Part shown: positions 36,056 through 47,800 of the stretch, piece after piece
Position numbering within the stretch: the stretch's first letter is position 1
How the letters are laid out: each line of letters opens with the position of its first letter
From: Balanoglossus misakiensis
Taxonomy: Eukaryota; Animalia; Hemichordata
Assembly (NCBI GenBank): GCA_040954595.2
Contig: CM082594.2
Location: 698,147-762,146 of the forward strand
Length of the DNA stretch: 64,000 bases
Direction of reading: 5' to 3'
The notes under the pieces: generated by a model
Database searches by the model: none
What the model saw: only the letters and a program-made list of their open reading frames with translations
Told to the model about the DNA's origin: nothing
Program-made: the position numbers and the translations under genes

Positions 36056-36585
36056 TATTACGGCTGGTTTCTCATGATTGTTCATGCATCGGGGGAATCT
36101 GTAGCGATGAGGTATCGGGCTCTGACGAGAACAGTGATCCACGGAGACACGTATCTGATTCACGTTCATTTATTGTCCGGAATTATATAGTACATCAAAT
36201 ACGCCCAGTAAAGTACATGAGGAAGGGAACGAGCTCAGTAGCCTGAGGTACTCCCATCTCCCGTTAGATTATTCTTCCTAACTTTGGAAACAAAGTTCTC
36301 TTATAATTACTTTTCTCAAGGCGTGGTTAATAATGTAAAATATCACAAATACAATGTGTTACAATTTCATTGGACATCAGTCAACTCTATACGTACCAAT
36401 TTACATAAAGTGTTATATAACAAAGTCAGTTCGGTGATGATTGAGAATCAGAGCAGTCAGTTAAACACCCACTTTCCCTATCTACTTCAAATACATAAAA
36501 TCAAATACTATCAAACATTGACATTCCCGAGCTCTGGCTTAATTAACCCTTGAAATCGTATTTGACCTTTATACAGATCGTAACA
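36056..36585 (-). repeat. Gypsy 5' LTR (530 bp)
   Basis: Direct repeat of 29263-29791, adjacent to the PBS. Confidence 0.95.
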
Positions 36586-39500
36586 GTAGGAAATTTCCAT
36601 TATATGTAAAAATGGTGCTGATTATAAAAAATGCACTCTGAATGAGCTGATTTAATACAAAATTGCGTTTTATTCGTTTTTGCACCAAAAAGGTCATTTT
36701 TAGGCAAAACATTCTTTATTTTTTTAATTCGGTGACCTGATCATATATAAACAATTGCTTGTATGTTAAAAGTTTTTATGACTTTTAAAAGCAGTGACAC
36801 TGGCGGCATTCAACACGAAAATAACAATTTTAGCCACAATTTGGTCAAAATGGTAGATTTTTGAAAATTATAAAAAATACCTGTTTTCTACATTTTCGGA
36901 AATCTGATGGAGTATAGAATGCTCTTCGTATGTATATATCGATACAAATTCCACAAAAGACCGTCTAATTTGGCTCACTGCAGACAAAATTGCGTTTTAC
37001 CAAATTTTCCTTGAAAATGTCATTTTTAGAAAAAATAAATAAAAAAACCTTTGTTCTTCGAATTTGGTGCCCTGATCATATATGACATGTTGATTGTATG
37101 TTAAAACTTTCGACCACTCTAAAAATGCAGAGATATTGACGGAATTCAAGAAAAAATAGCCATTTTGGCCATATTTTGACAAAAATGGTAAATTTTTAAA
37201 AAATCATAAAAAATTAACTCTTTTCTTCATTTTCGGAAATATTATGGAGCATGAATTGTCGTTCTCTTGTAAAAAGTGCTGCAAATTCCAGAAAAGGCGG
37301 TATAATTTGAATCACCCAAGACAAAATTACCATTTTCGACTTTTTTTCGAAAAATTGTCTCTTTTACAAAATAAATAAGAATAAATTCTTTTCTTAGTTT
37401 CAAACGGGTAGAGATACTTTCCACACGGGTTTCCTAACATTGACTTCCCGTTCATCAACTCAGATTTCCTACAGCATAAGTCGGCTAAAACCCTGACACT
37501 CTAGAGCAGAAACAGTTGCACACTGGAAACGTTGAACAAGTCGATTTTTCTACGGCCTGGCTCGGCTAAATCTCCGTCACAATATGACAGACACTAGCGT
37601 ACGTTAGCAACGGTGATCAAGTGAGATTTCCTACGGCATGGCTTGGCTAAAGCCCTGGCACTCTAGAGCAGAAACACGCGTACAGAGACCACGTTGATCT
37701 ACTCACATTTCCTTCGGCCTGGCACGGCTGATGCCCCGGCACTATATATAGGACACAGACTGGCGTAAGTTAACAACGGAAATCACGTCGGGTTTCCTAC
37801 GGCCTGGCTCAGCTGAAGCCCCGGCACTCTAGAGCAGAAACACGCGTACAGAGACCACGTTGATCAAGTCTGATCTCCTACGGCTTGGCTCGACTAAAAC
37901 CCCGGCACACTATGACAGACACTAGCGTTCGTTAGCAACGTTGATCAAGTCAGATTTCCTACGGCTTGGCTTGGCTAAAACCCTGGCACTCTAGAGCAGA
38001 AACACGCGTACAGAGACCACGTTAATCTACTCACATTTCCTTCGGCCTGGCACGGCTGATGCCCCGGCACTATATATATGACACAGACTGGCGTAAGTTA
38101 ACAACGGTAATCACGTCGGGTTTCCTACGGCCTGGCTCAGCTGAAGCCCCGGCACTCTAGAGCAGAAACAGGCGTACATTGACCACGTTGATCAAGTCAG
38201 ATTTCCTACGGCCTGGCTCGACTAAAACCCCGGCACATCATGACAGACACTAGCGTTCGTCAGCAACGGTGATCAAGTCGGATTTCCTTCGGCCTGGCTC
38301 TGCAAAAGACCCGACACTCTAGTACAAAGACGTTGGCTAAGTCGGGCAAACCGAAGAGGGAATGTCACAGCGGGTCAACACTCGACATTTGTTCGGGTAG
38401 GACTGCATTATTGCCTGTCAATTTATAGAGAAAGCCCGAATTTAACCAGGGCGTTTCAAACACCGACGTTAGTTGGGGGCACGGCCTGCAGTACTGCCGG
38501 GTAAGCTTACATCGGCGTACCGCATATAATGTAGGGGGGGGGGACAGAACGGTTCAATACTACATTTATTAGATATCAGCTAATTTTGGACAATCATCTA
38601 AAATCTAAATCATTTTTTCATATTTGGATATCTGATGATGTATGAAATTTCCATTTTATGTAAAAATGGTGCTGATTATAAAAAATGCACTCTGAATGAG
38701 CTGATTTAATACAAAATTGCGTTTTTGCACCAAAAAGGTAATTTTTAGGCAAAACATTCTTTATTTTTTTTAATTCGGTGACCTGATCATATATAAACAA
38801 TTGCTTGTATGTTAAACGTTTTTATGACTTTTAAAAGCAGTGACACTGGCGGCATTCAACACGAAAATAACAATTTTAGCCACAATTTGGTCAAAATGCT
38901 AAATTTTTGAAAATTACAAAAAAGACCTGTTTTCTACATTTTCGGAAATCTGATGGAGTATAGAATGCTCTTCGTATGTATATATCGATACAAATTCCAC
39001 AAAAGACCGTCTAATTTGGCTCACTGCAGACAAAATTGCTTTTTACCAAATTTTCCTTGAAAATGTCATTTTTAGAAAAAAAACTAAAAAAACCTTTGTT
39101 CTTCGAATTTGGTGCCCTGATCATATATGACATGTTGATTGTATGTTAAAACTTTCGACCACTCCAAAAATGCAGAGATATTGACGGAATTCAATAAAAA
39201 ATAGCCATTTTGGCCATATTTTGACAAAAAAGGTAAATTTTTAAAAAATAATAAAAAATTAACTCTGTTCTTCATTTTCGGAAATATTATGGAGCATGAA
39301 GTGTCGTTCTCTTGTAAAAAGTGCTGCAAATTGCAGAAAAGGCGGTATAATTTGAATCACCCAAGACAAAATTACCATTTTCGACTTTTTTTTCGAAAAA
39401 TTGTCTTTTTTACAAAATAAATAAAAATAAATTCTTTTCTTAGTTTCAAACGGGTAGAGATACTTTCCACACGGATTTTCTAACATTGAATTCCCGTTCA

Positions 39501-40419
39501 TCAACTCAGATTTCCTACAGCATAAGTCGGCTAAAATCCTGACACTCTAGAGCAGAAACAGTTGCACACTGGTAACGTTGAACAAGTCGATTTTTCTACG
39601 GCCTGTCTCGGCTAAATCTTCGTCACAATATGACAGACACTATCGTACGTTAGCAACGGTGATCAAGTCAGATTTTCTACGGCATGGCTTGGATAAAGCC
39701 CCGGCACTCTAGAGCAGAAACACGCGTACAGAGACCACGTTGATCAAGTCTGATCTCCTACGGCTTGGCTCGACTAAAACCCCGGCACACTATGATAGAC
39801 ACTAGAGTTCGTTAGCAACGTTGATCAAGTCAGATTTCCTACGGCATGGCTTGGCTAAAGCCCTGGCACTCTAGAGCAGAAACACGCGTACAAAAACCAC
39901 GTTGATCTACTCACATTTCCTTCGACCTGGCACGGCTGATGCCCCGGCACTATATATAGGACACAGACTGGCGTAAGTTAACAACGGTAATCACGTCGGG
40001 TTTCCTACGGCCTGGCTCAGCTGAAGCCCCGGCGCTCTAGAGCAGAAACAGGCGTACATTGACCACGTTGATCAAGTCAGATTTCCTACGGCGTGACTCG
40101 GCTGGTGCACCGGCTCTATATGACACAGACTGGCGTAAGTTATCAACGGTGATTACGTCGGATTTCCTACGGCCTGGTTTAGCTGAAGCCCCGGCACTTT
40201 AGAGCGGAAACACGCGTACATTGACCACGATGATCAAGTCAGATCTCCTACGGCCTGGCTCGACTAAAACCCCGGCACACCATGACAGACACTAGCGTTC
40301 GTTAGCAACGGTGATCAAGTCGGATTACCTTCGGCCTGGCTCTGCAAAAGACCCGACACTCTAGTACAAAGACGTTGGCTAAGTCGGGCAAACCGAACAG
40401 GGAAAGTCACAGCGGGTCA

Positions 40420-40706
40420 TTATGGTGGTCTTCGGTAACGCCAACGAAGCCAGACAGATTTTATTTGCGGCCCCTGGATGCCTGAAAGGAAACAAGTTGA
40501 AAGGAAACCAGATTTATGTGTCTGACGATGTAAGCAAGAAAGTATACGCGGAACGGAAGAGGCTACTACAGTATGCAAGCAAGATAAAGAGAGAAGCGTC
40601 GACGAAAAGCTGCTACATAGCTTGGAAAGTGCCGGCAACACTCGTAATCAAGTACGCTAATGGTGTCAAAAAGGAACTCACGGTAAATGACATTCCAGAA
40701 AAATGA
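40420..40706 (+). pseudogene. C-terminal remnant of L1/Tx1 ORF1
   Basis: LKGNQIYVSDDVSK...ERKRL resembles the RRM/CTD end of L1-type ORF1; cut by the 5' truncation. Confidence 0.65.
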
Positions 40707-41166
40707 CATTTGTAAATGTAAATGAAAATTGTAAATGTAAACTGGATAGTAGCGTACGACTTTGAATTACCAAACACAGTATTCATAGAATAACGGTAAC
40801 GTTGTCGGCCATTGATTTTAAAGATCTCAATACACCTCCGACACAGAGAAGGTGTGGCACTCGAGCAGAGTAGGTTTTTTTTTTCTTGCCCTTCTTTTTT
40901 GTTCTTTTTGTATTTCTTCTCCTTTTCGTCTTGCCCCCTTTCCCTGTTTGTTTTTTTCCTCCGGGGAAGGGAGTTTCGTCTCTTCTCAGTCTTCTCTTTT
41001 TTTGGCCCTTTGGGTTTTTTTCTCTCGCCTCTGTCGGCCCTTAGGGTGTGTTTGTCTTGTTTGTTTGTTGTTTCTTGATGGGTTTATTTCAAAGCGGGAC
41101 ACATCAGTCAATTTTCAGAAATGTTTTTGGAAGCAGTCGACACAACACATTTCATGACAATTTGAA

Positions 41167-44100
41167 ATGGATTTTTCAGTTTTGACGTTTAATACAAGAG
41201 GGCTCCGTAGTTTCAAAAAAAGGAAAAAACTTGGATGTTGGTTAAATAGTAAGAACCCCACATTTACTTTCTTACAAGAAACCCACAGTGTAAAAGACGA
41301 TGTTCACTTTTGGTCAACTCAATTTAATGGTCGCTGTTGGTTTTCGCATGGAACAAACAATAGTAGAGGTGTAATAACAATTATCAATAACCCAAATATT
41401 ATAGTTAACAATTCTGTAACTGACGATATGGGTAGATTTATTCTTATTGATGTAAATTTAGACAATACGCCTTGTATACTACTTAATGTATATGCACCCA
41501 ATATAGAGAAAGAGCATGTAATTTTTCTAGAAGAAATGTATTTTTTGCTGGTCAAATATGTAACCGATCCCAACACAATTGTCATTTTAGGAGGGGATTT
41601 AAATTTCACCTATAATATTGCCCTTGATCGCTCAGGAGGCAATCCTAAACTATGGGGAAAGTCCATTGCTCTTTTAGATAGGATATCTGACGTCTTCAAT
41701 TTGATTGATATATGGAGGGTGCGTCATGAAGAAAAGAGAGGTTTTACCTGGAGAAGGCGCAGGCCTTATATCACTCAGAGTAGACTTGATTATTTTTTCA
41801 TTTCTAGCGATTTACAGCAACAAATCAGTAGCGTTCAGATTATTCCTGGAGTGGATTCCGACCATTCAGCTGTCTCTTTGGTGTATAAATCTTGCCAAAA
41901 CGAGCGGGGTCCTGGCTACTGGAAGTTTAATTCTAGTTTAATTTACGACAGTACTTTCAAAACCATTCTGCACGATAATATTGACGAGTGGATTAGTGAA
42001 TCCACTAGGTTAAATGATGGGGTTCGTTGGGACTTCATAAAATTTAAGATTAGAGGTTTTGTGATTGACTACAGCAAAACAGTGGCGAAAAAACGTAGAC
42101 AGAATTTACAGAATCTTGAACTGTCGGTGAATTTTCTTGAGGGTCTTTGTTCTAATCATCCTACAGTGCAAAATTACGAGATGCTCGAGTCAGCAAAGAG
42201 TGATTTGGAGAAAGTTTATGATTATATTACAGAAGGAGCGGTCGTAAGATCCAGGATTAATTGGTACGAGAAAGGTGAAAAATGTAACAAGTTCTTTTTA
42301 GGTTTGGAAAAGGTAAATAAACGCAACTCGAGTATCAGCAATTTGAAGAAAGATGAGTATACAATTATAGACAACCCAAAGAATATTTTGTGTGAAATTA
42401 AGCAGTTTTATGCCAAGCTTTACTCAAGGTGCGCCACAAACTCCAACGATGTGCATTATTTCCTGGATGCAAATTTACCAACGTTGTCAGAGAATGATAA
42501 AGTTTTGTGTGAGGGTCCTTTGACCCCTGGGGAAGTTTTCTCTGTTCTTCTCTCCCTTCCAGACAACAAAAGCCCCGGCAATGATGGCCTTACAAAAGAA
42601 TTTTACGTGGCGTTTTGGCCACAGGTGGAGAATTTAGTTTTGAATTCTCTCAATTATGGTTACAGAACGGGGGAATTTTCAAATTCACAGAAACAGAGTG
42701 TCATAACTCTGATTGATAAACCTGGGAAGGATCAACTCTATCTGAAAAATTGGAGACCAATCTCCCTTATGAATGTTGACATGAAGCTTGCTTCAAAATG
42801 CCTTGTTAAACGTATTGAGAAAGTTTTGCCCTGCTTAATTGGTGACTCCCAAGCGGCCTTTGTCCGGGGGAGAAACATTGGTGATTATATCCGTTTGATA
42901 GATGAGATTTTTCATCACACCTGTAATGCTGATATTCCAGCAATTTTATTAGCCATAGATTTCGAAAAAGCTTTTGACACTGTAAGTTGGGATTATCTCT
43001 ACAATACATTGTCATCCTTTAATTTTGGAGTGTCCTTCATCAACTGGGTTAAAGCCTTATATTTTAACATTGAAAGCACTGTAATGAACAATGGGTTTGG
43101 GACTGGCTATTTTAAGCTTGAGAAGGGAGTGCGCCAAGGCGACCCTTTGTCACCTATGTTATTTATTCTGGTTTTAGAAACACTCTTGCATTCAATAAGA
43201 AATAACCGGCAAATTAGTGGTATCAATATTGGCAGTGTTGAAATTAAGGAGTCGGCGTTCGCCGACGATATGACCTGTTTTTTATCAAATGAAAACTCTG
43301 TAAGAATTGTTTTTGAAATGTTAACTTCCTTTTATAATGCTTCTGGTTTGAAAGTCAACAAAGATAAGACAGAAGCTGTTTGGCTTGGGAAATGGAGACT
43401 TCGAAAAGATGAGGCGTTCGGGGTAAAGTGGCCCACCCCTACTATCAAGATTGTGGGGATTCATTTTTCTTATAATGAAAAAATTGCCCAGGAAAAAAAT
43501 ATTGTTACCCCAGTCGAAAATCTAAAAAAGGTCCTCAATATGTGGAAAACTAGGAATTTGACCATCATTGGGAAAGTTCAAGTTATTAAGTCATTGGCAA
43601 TTTCCAAATTAACATATGTGCTTACACATGTAATTTTTCCTAATGAAGTAATAGGTCGGGTTCATAAGTTAATTTATAATTTTCTCTGGAATGGACAAGA
43701 CCGGGTTCGCAGGAATGTAATGATAGGGGAGGTGGGCCAAGGAGGCTTAAAAATGCCCAATTTAGATGTGATGATAAAAACAAAGCAAGTATTACTGATT
43801 AAACGCCTGTTGAATGAGGAATGTAAACACCCTTGGAAACACATTGTCTTACACAGTTTAGAGAAAGTCGGTGGAAAATTACTTTTTAAATGTAACTTCC
43901 GCACCAATCTTTTGCCTGTCCAAGTTTCCAGTTTTATAAATAATTGTCTTGTCACATGGTCAGAAATCAACATAATTCCAAATACTACAGACCAGGTGAT
44001 TTGGAACAACAGAAACGTCCTCGTTGGAGGAAAGTCGGTATTTTATAAGGCTTTTTCTGACGCTGGCTTTAATTTCATCCCTGACATGTTTACAGGTTTT

Positions 44101-44880
44101 AATAGAGTATCATGGTCTGTATTTGAGCAGAAAGGCCTGAATTTAAATCAGAAATTGAAGTGGTTAGGATTGACACTTTCTGTTCCAAACAAGTTAAAAA
44201 ATTGTACCAAAGCACATAGTGTACATAAGCTTTGTATTTCATTGAATGGCACAATCTGTAATTTAGACACTTTAACGAAAAAGAGTTTGAAATGTAATTT
44301 GAACGACCGTATTATAGAGACTCCAAAAAGTCAAGCAACACTGGAAAAAATGTTGAATATATTTAATCTAAACTGGGAAAAAATGTATGACTTCACTTAC
44401 AAGTTATCAATACATTGTAAGGCTAGAGCTTTTCAATTTAAATTACTTCACAATATTTTGTATACAAACAAACAGCTAAACAGGTACAATCCACAGAAAT
44501 TTCCAACTGCTCTTTGTGATTTATGTAAAGTGGAAACAGAGTCCATCGACCATTTATTTCATAGTTGCAATTGTACTACTGCTCTCTGGAGGGACCTACT
44601 GTTTACGTTGGGTATCCCTCTTAAATTGAAAAAACCACCATCAGTGTTATGTATGGTTTTGGGTGACCCAAACGAGACTTTTATAGTCAATTTTATAGCA
44701 ATGCAAGTTAGAATGTACATTTACTACTGTAAATTAAATAATCGAATTCCGAATATCACTGGGTTTATTGTTCAGCTCAAAAACATACATGAAATTGAAC
44801 TTAAGATTGCAACTGCAAATCATAAAATGTATTTTCATCTTAAAAAATGGTCATCACTTATGAGGTATATAACAAACTGA
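41167..44880 (+). CDS. L1/Tx1 ORF2, 1237 aa (APE endonuclease, RT, C-terminal CCHC zinc finger)
   Basis: TFNTRGL, LQETH, NVYAP, GGDLN, SRLDYFF, SDH, GPGYWKFN, KSPGNDG, NWRPISL, DFEKAFD, GVRQGDPLSP, FADD, CDLC...HLFHSC. Confidence 0.97.
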   Translation: MDFSVLTFNTRGLRSFKKRKKLGCWLNSKNPTFTFLQETHSVKDDVHFWSTQFNGRCWFSHGTNNSRGVITIINNPNIIVNNSVTDDMGRFILIDVNLDNTPCILLNVYAPNIEKEHVIFLEEMYFLLVKYVTDPNTIVILGGDLNFTYNIALDRSGGNPKLWGKSIALLDRISDVFNLIDIWRVRHEEKRGFTWRRRRPYITQSRLDYFFISSDLQQQISSVQIIPGVDSDHSAVSLVYKSCQNERGPGYWKFNSSLIYDSTFKTILHDNIDEWISESTRLNDGVRWDFIKFKIRGFVIDYSKTVAKKRRQNLQNLELSVNFLEGLCSNHPTVQNYEMLESAKSDLEKVYDYITEGAVVRSRINWYEKGEKCNKFFLGLEKVNKRNSSISNLKKDEYTIIDNPKNILCEIKQFYAKLYSRCATNSNDVHYFLDANLPTLSENDKVLCEGPLTPGEVFSVLLSLPDNKSPGNDGLTKEFYVAFWPQVENLVLNSLNYGYRTGEFSNSQKQSVITLIDKPGKDQLYLKNWRPISLMNVDMKLASKCLVKRIEKVLPCLIGDSQAAFVRGRNIGDYIRLIDEIFHHTCNADIPAILLAIDFEKAFDTVSWDYLYNTLSSFNFGVSFINWVKALYFNIESTVMNNGFGTGYFKLEKGVRQGDPLSPMLFILVLETLLHSIRNNRQISGINIGSVEIKESAFADDMTCFLSNENSVRIVFEMLTSFYNASGLKVNKDKTEAVWLGKWRLRKDEAFGVKWPTPTIKIVGIHFSYNEKIAQEKNIVTPVENLKKVLNMWKTRNLTIIGKVQVIKSLAISKLTYVLTHVIFPNEVIGRVHKLIYNFLWNGQDRVRRNVMIGEVGQGGLKMPNLDVMIKTKQVLLIKRLLNEECKHPWKHIVLHSLEKVGGKLLFKCNFRTNLLPVQVSSFINNCLVTWSEINIIPNTTDQVIWNNRNVLVGGKSVFYKAFSDAGFNFIPDMFTGFNRVSWSVFEQKGLNLNQKLKWLGLTLSVPNKLKNCTKAHSVHKLCISLNGTICNLDTLTKKSLKCNLNDRIIETPKSQATLEKMLNIFNLNWEKMYDFTYKLSIHCKARAFQFKLLHNILYTNKQLNRYNPQKFPTALCDLCKVETESIDHLFHSCNCTTALWRDLLFTLGIPLKLKKPPSVLCMVLGDPNETFIVNFIAMQVRMYIYYCKLNNRIPNITGFIVQLKNIHEIELKIATANHKMYFHLKKWSSLMRYITN

Positions 44881-47800
44881 GAATACCAGATTGTTTTGTT
44901 TTTTTTTTCTCTTCTTTCCATTAAGTTATGCTTCCAAAAAATAATTGTCAATTTTTTTTTTTTTTTTTTTTTTTTAAATCTACTTATGTATCAAAATGAC
45001 TGTTTGTGTTCCCAATAAAAAGTATTAAAAAAAAAAAAAAAAAAAAAGTCACAGCGGGTCAACACTCGACATTTGTTCCGGTAGGACTGCATTATTGCCT
45101 GTCAATTTATAGAGAAAGCCCAAATTTAACCAGGGCGTTTCAAACACCGACGTTAGTTGGGGGCACGGCCTGCAGTACTGCCGGGTAAGCTGACATCAGC
45201 GTACCGCATATAATGTAGGGGGGGGGGGGGGGAACAGAACGGTTAAATACTACATTTATCAGATATCAGCTAATTTTGGACAATCATCTAAAATGTAAAT
45301 CATCTTTTCATATTTGGATATCTGATGATGTATGACATTTCCATTATATGTAAAAATGGTGCTGATTATAAAAATGCACTCTGAATGAGCTGATTTAATG
45401 CAAAATTGCGTTTTATTCGATTTTGCACCAAAAAGGTCATTTTTAGGCAAAACATTCTTTATTTTTTTAATTCGGTGACCTGATCATATATAAACAATTG
45501 CTTGTATGTTAAAAGTTTTTATGACTTTTAAAAGCAGTGACACTGGCGGCATTCAACACGAAAATAACAATTTTAGCCACAATTTGGTCAAAATGGTAAA
45601 TTTTTGAAAATTACAAAAAATACCTGTTTTCTACATTTTCGGAAATCTGATGGAGTATAGAATGCTCTTCGTATGTATATATCGATACAAATTCCACAAA
45701 AGACCGTCTAATTTGGCTCACTGCAGACAAAATTGCGTTTTACAAAATTTTCCTTGAAAATGTCATTTTTAGAAAAAAAAAATAAAAAAACCTTTTATCT
45801 TCGAATTTGGTGCCCTGATCATATATGACATGTTGATTGTATGTTAAAACTTTCCAAAAATGCAGAGATATTGACGGAATTCAAGAAAAAATAGCCATTT
45901 TGGCCATATTTTGACAAAAATGGTAAATTTTTAAAAAATCTTAAAAAATTAACTCTTTTCTTCATTTTCGGAAATATTATGGAGCATGAAGTGTCGTTCT
46001 CTTGTAAAAAGTGCTGCAAATTCCAGAAAAGGCGGTATAATTTGAATCACCCAAGACAAAATTACCATTTTCGACTTTTTTTCGAAAAATTGTCTTTTTT
46101 ACAAAATAATAAAGAATTAATTCTTTTCTTAGTTTCAAACGGGTAGAGATACTTTCCACACGGGTTTTCTAACATTGAATTCCCGTTCATCAACTCAGAT
46201 TGCCTACAGCATAAGTCGGCTAAAACCCTGAGACTTTAGAGCAGAAACAGTTGCACACTGGTAACGTTGAACAATTCGATTTTTCTACGGCCTGGCTCGG
46301 CTAAATCTCCGTCACAATATGACAGACACTATCGTACGTTAGCAACGGTGATCAAGTCAGATTTTCAACGGCATGGGTTGGATAAAGCCCCGGCACTCTA
46401 GAGCAGAAACACGCGTACAGAGACCACGTTGATCAAGTCTGATCTCCTACGGCTTGGCTCGACTAAAACCCCGGCACACTATGACAGACACTAGCGTTCG
46501 TTAGCAACGTTGATCAAGTCACATTTCCTACGGCATGGCTTTGCTAAAGCCCTGACACTCTAGAGCAGAAACACGCGTACAGAGACCACGTTGATCTACT
46601 CACATTTCCTTCGGCCTGGCACGGCTGATGCCCCGGCACTATATATAGGACACAGACTGGCGTAAGTTAACAACGGTAATCACGTCGGGTTTCCTACGGC
46701 CTGGCTCAGCTGAAGCCCCGGCACTCTAGAGCAGAAACAGGCGTACATTGACCACGTTGATCAAGTCAGATTTCCTACGGCGTGACTCGGCTGGTGCACC
46801 GGCTCTATATGACACAGACTGGCGTAAGTTATCAACGGTGATTACGTCGGATTTCCTACGGCCTGGTTTAGCTGAAGCCCCGGCACTTTAGAGCGGAAAC
46901 ACGCGTACATTGACCACGATGATCAAGTCAGATCTCCTACGGCCTGGCTCGACTAAAACCCCGGCACACCATGACAGACATTAGCGTTCGTTAGCAACGG
47001 TGATCAAGTCGGATTTCCTTCGGCCTGGCTCTGTAAAAGACCCGACACTCTAGTACAAAGACGTTGGCTAAGTCGGGCAAACCGAACAGGGAAAGTCACA
47101 GCGGGTCAACACTCGACATTTGTTCCGGTAGGACTGCATTATTGCCTGTCAATTTATAAAGAAAGCCCGAATTTAACCAGGGCGTTTCAAACACCGACGT
47201 TAGTTGGGGGCACGGCCTGCAGTACTGCCGGGTAAGCTGACATCAGCGTACCGCATATAATGTAGGGGGGGGGGACAGAACGGTTAAATACTACATTTAT
47301 CAGATATCAGCTAATTTTGGACAATCATCTAAAATGTAAATCATCTTTTCATATTTGGATATCTGATGATGTATGACATTTCCATTATATGTAAAAATGG
47401 TGCTGATTATAAAAATGCACTCTGAATGAGCTGATTTAATGCAAAATTGCGTTTTATTCGTTTTTGCACCAAAAAGGTCATTTTTAGGCAAAACATTCTT
47501 TATTTTTTTAATTCGGTGACCTGATCATATATAAACAATTGCTTGTATGTTAAAAGTTTTTATGACTTTTAAAAGCAGTGACACTGGCGGCATTCAACAC
47601 GAAAATAACAATTTTAGCCACAATTTGGTCAAAATGGTAAATTTTTGAAAATTACAAAAAATACCTGTTTTCTACATTTTCGGAAATCTGATGGAGTATA
47701 GAATGCTCTTCGTACGTATATATCGATACAAATTCCACAAAAGACCGTCTAATTTGGCTCACTGCAGACAAAATTGCGTTTTACAAAATTTTCCTTGAAA

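Larger units (their letters stand above)
29263..36585 (-). mobile_element. Intact Ty3/gypsy LTR retrotransposon with chromodomain integrase, 4-bp TSD GTAG
   Basis: LTRs 29263-29791 and 36056-36585 (4 differences seen); TSD GTAG at 29259-29262 and 36586-36589; PBS; PPT AAAAGGAGGGGAG; one uninterrupted gag-pol ORF. Confidence 0.97.
40420..45044 (+). mobile_element. 5'-truncated L1/Tx1-clade LINE with poly-A tail and TSD of up to 17 bp
   Basis: TSD (AAA)GTCACAGCGGGTCA at 40403-40419 and 45045-45061; AATAAA at 45014; A21 tract 45027-45047; intact ORF2. Confidence 0.96.

Noticed and set aside
40707-41166. Phe/Leu-rich ORFs between Tx1 ORF1 and ORF2
   Set aside because: Translation of a pyrimidine-rich inter-ORF spacer; low complexity, no domain.
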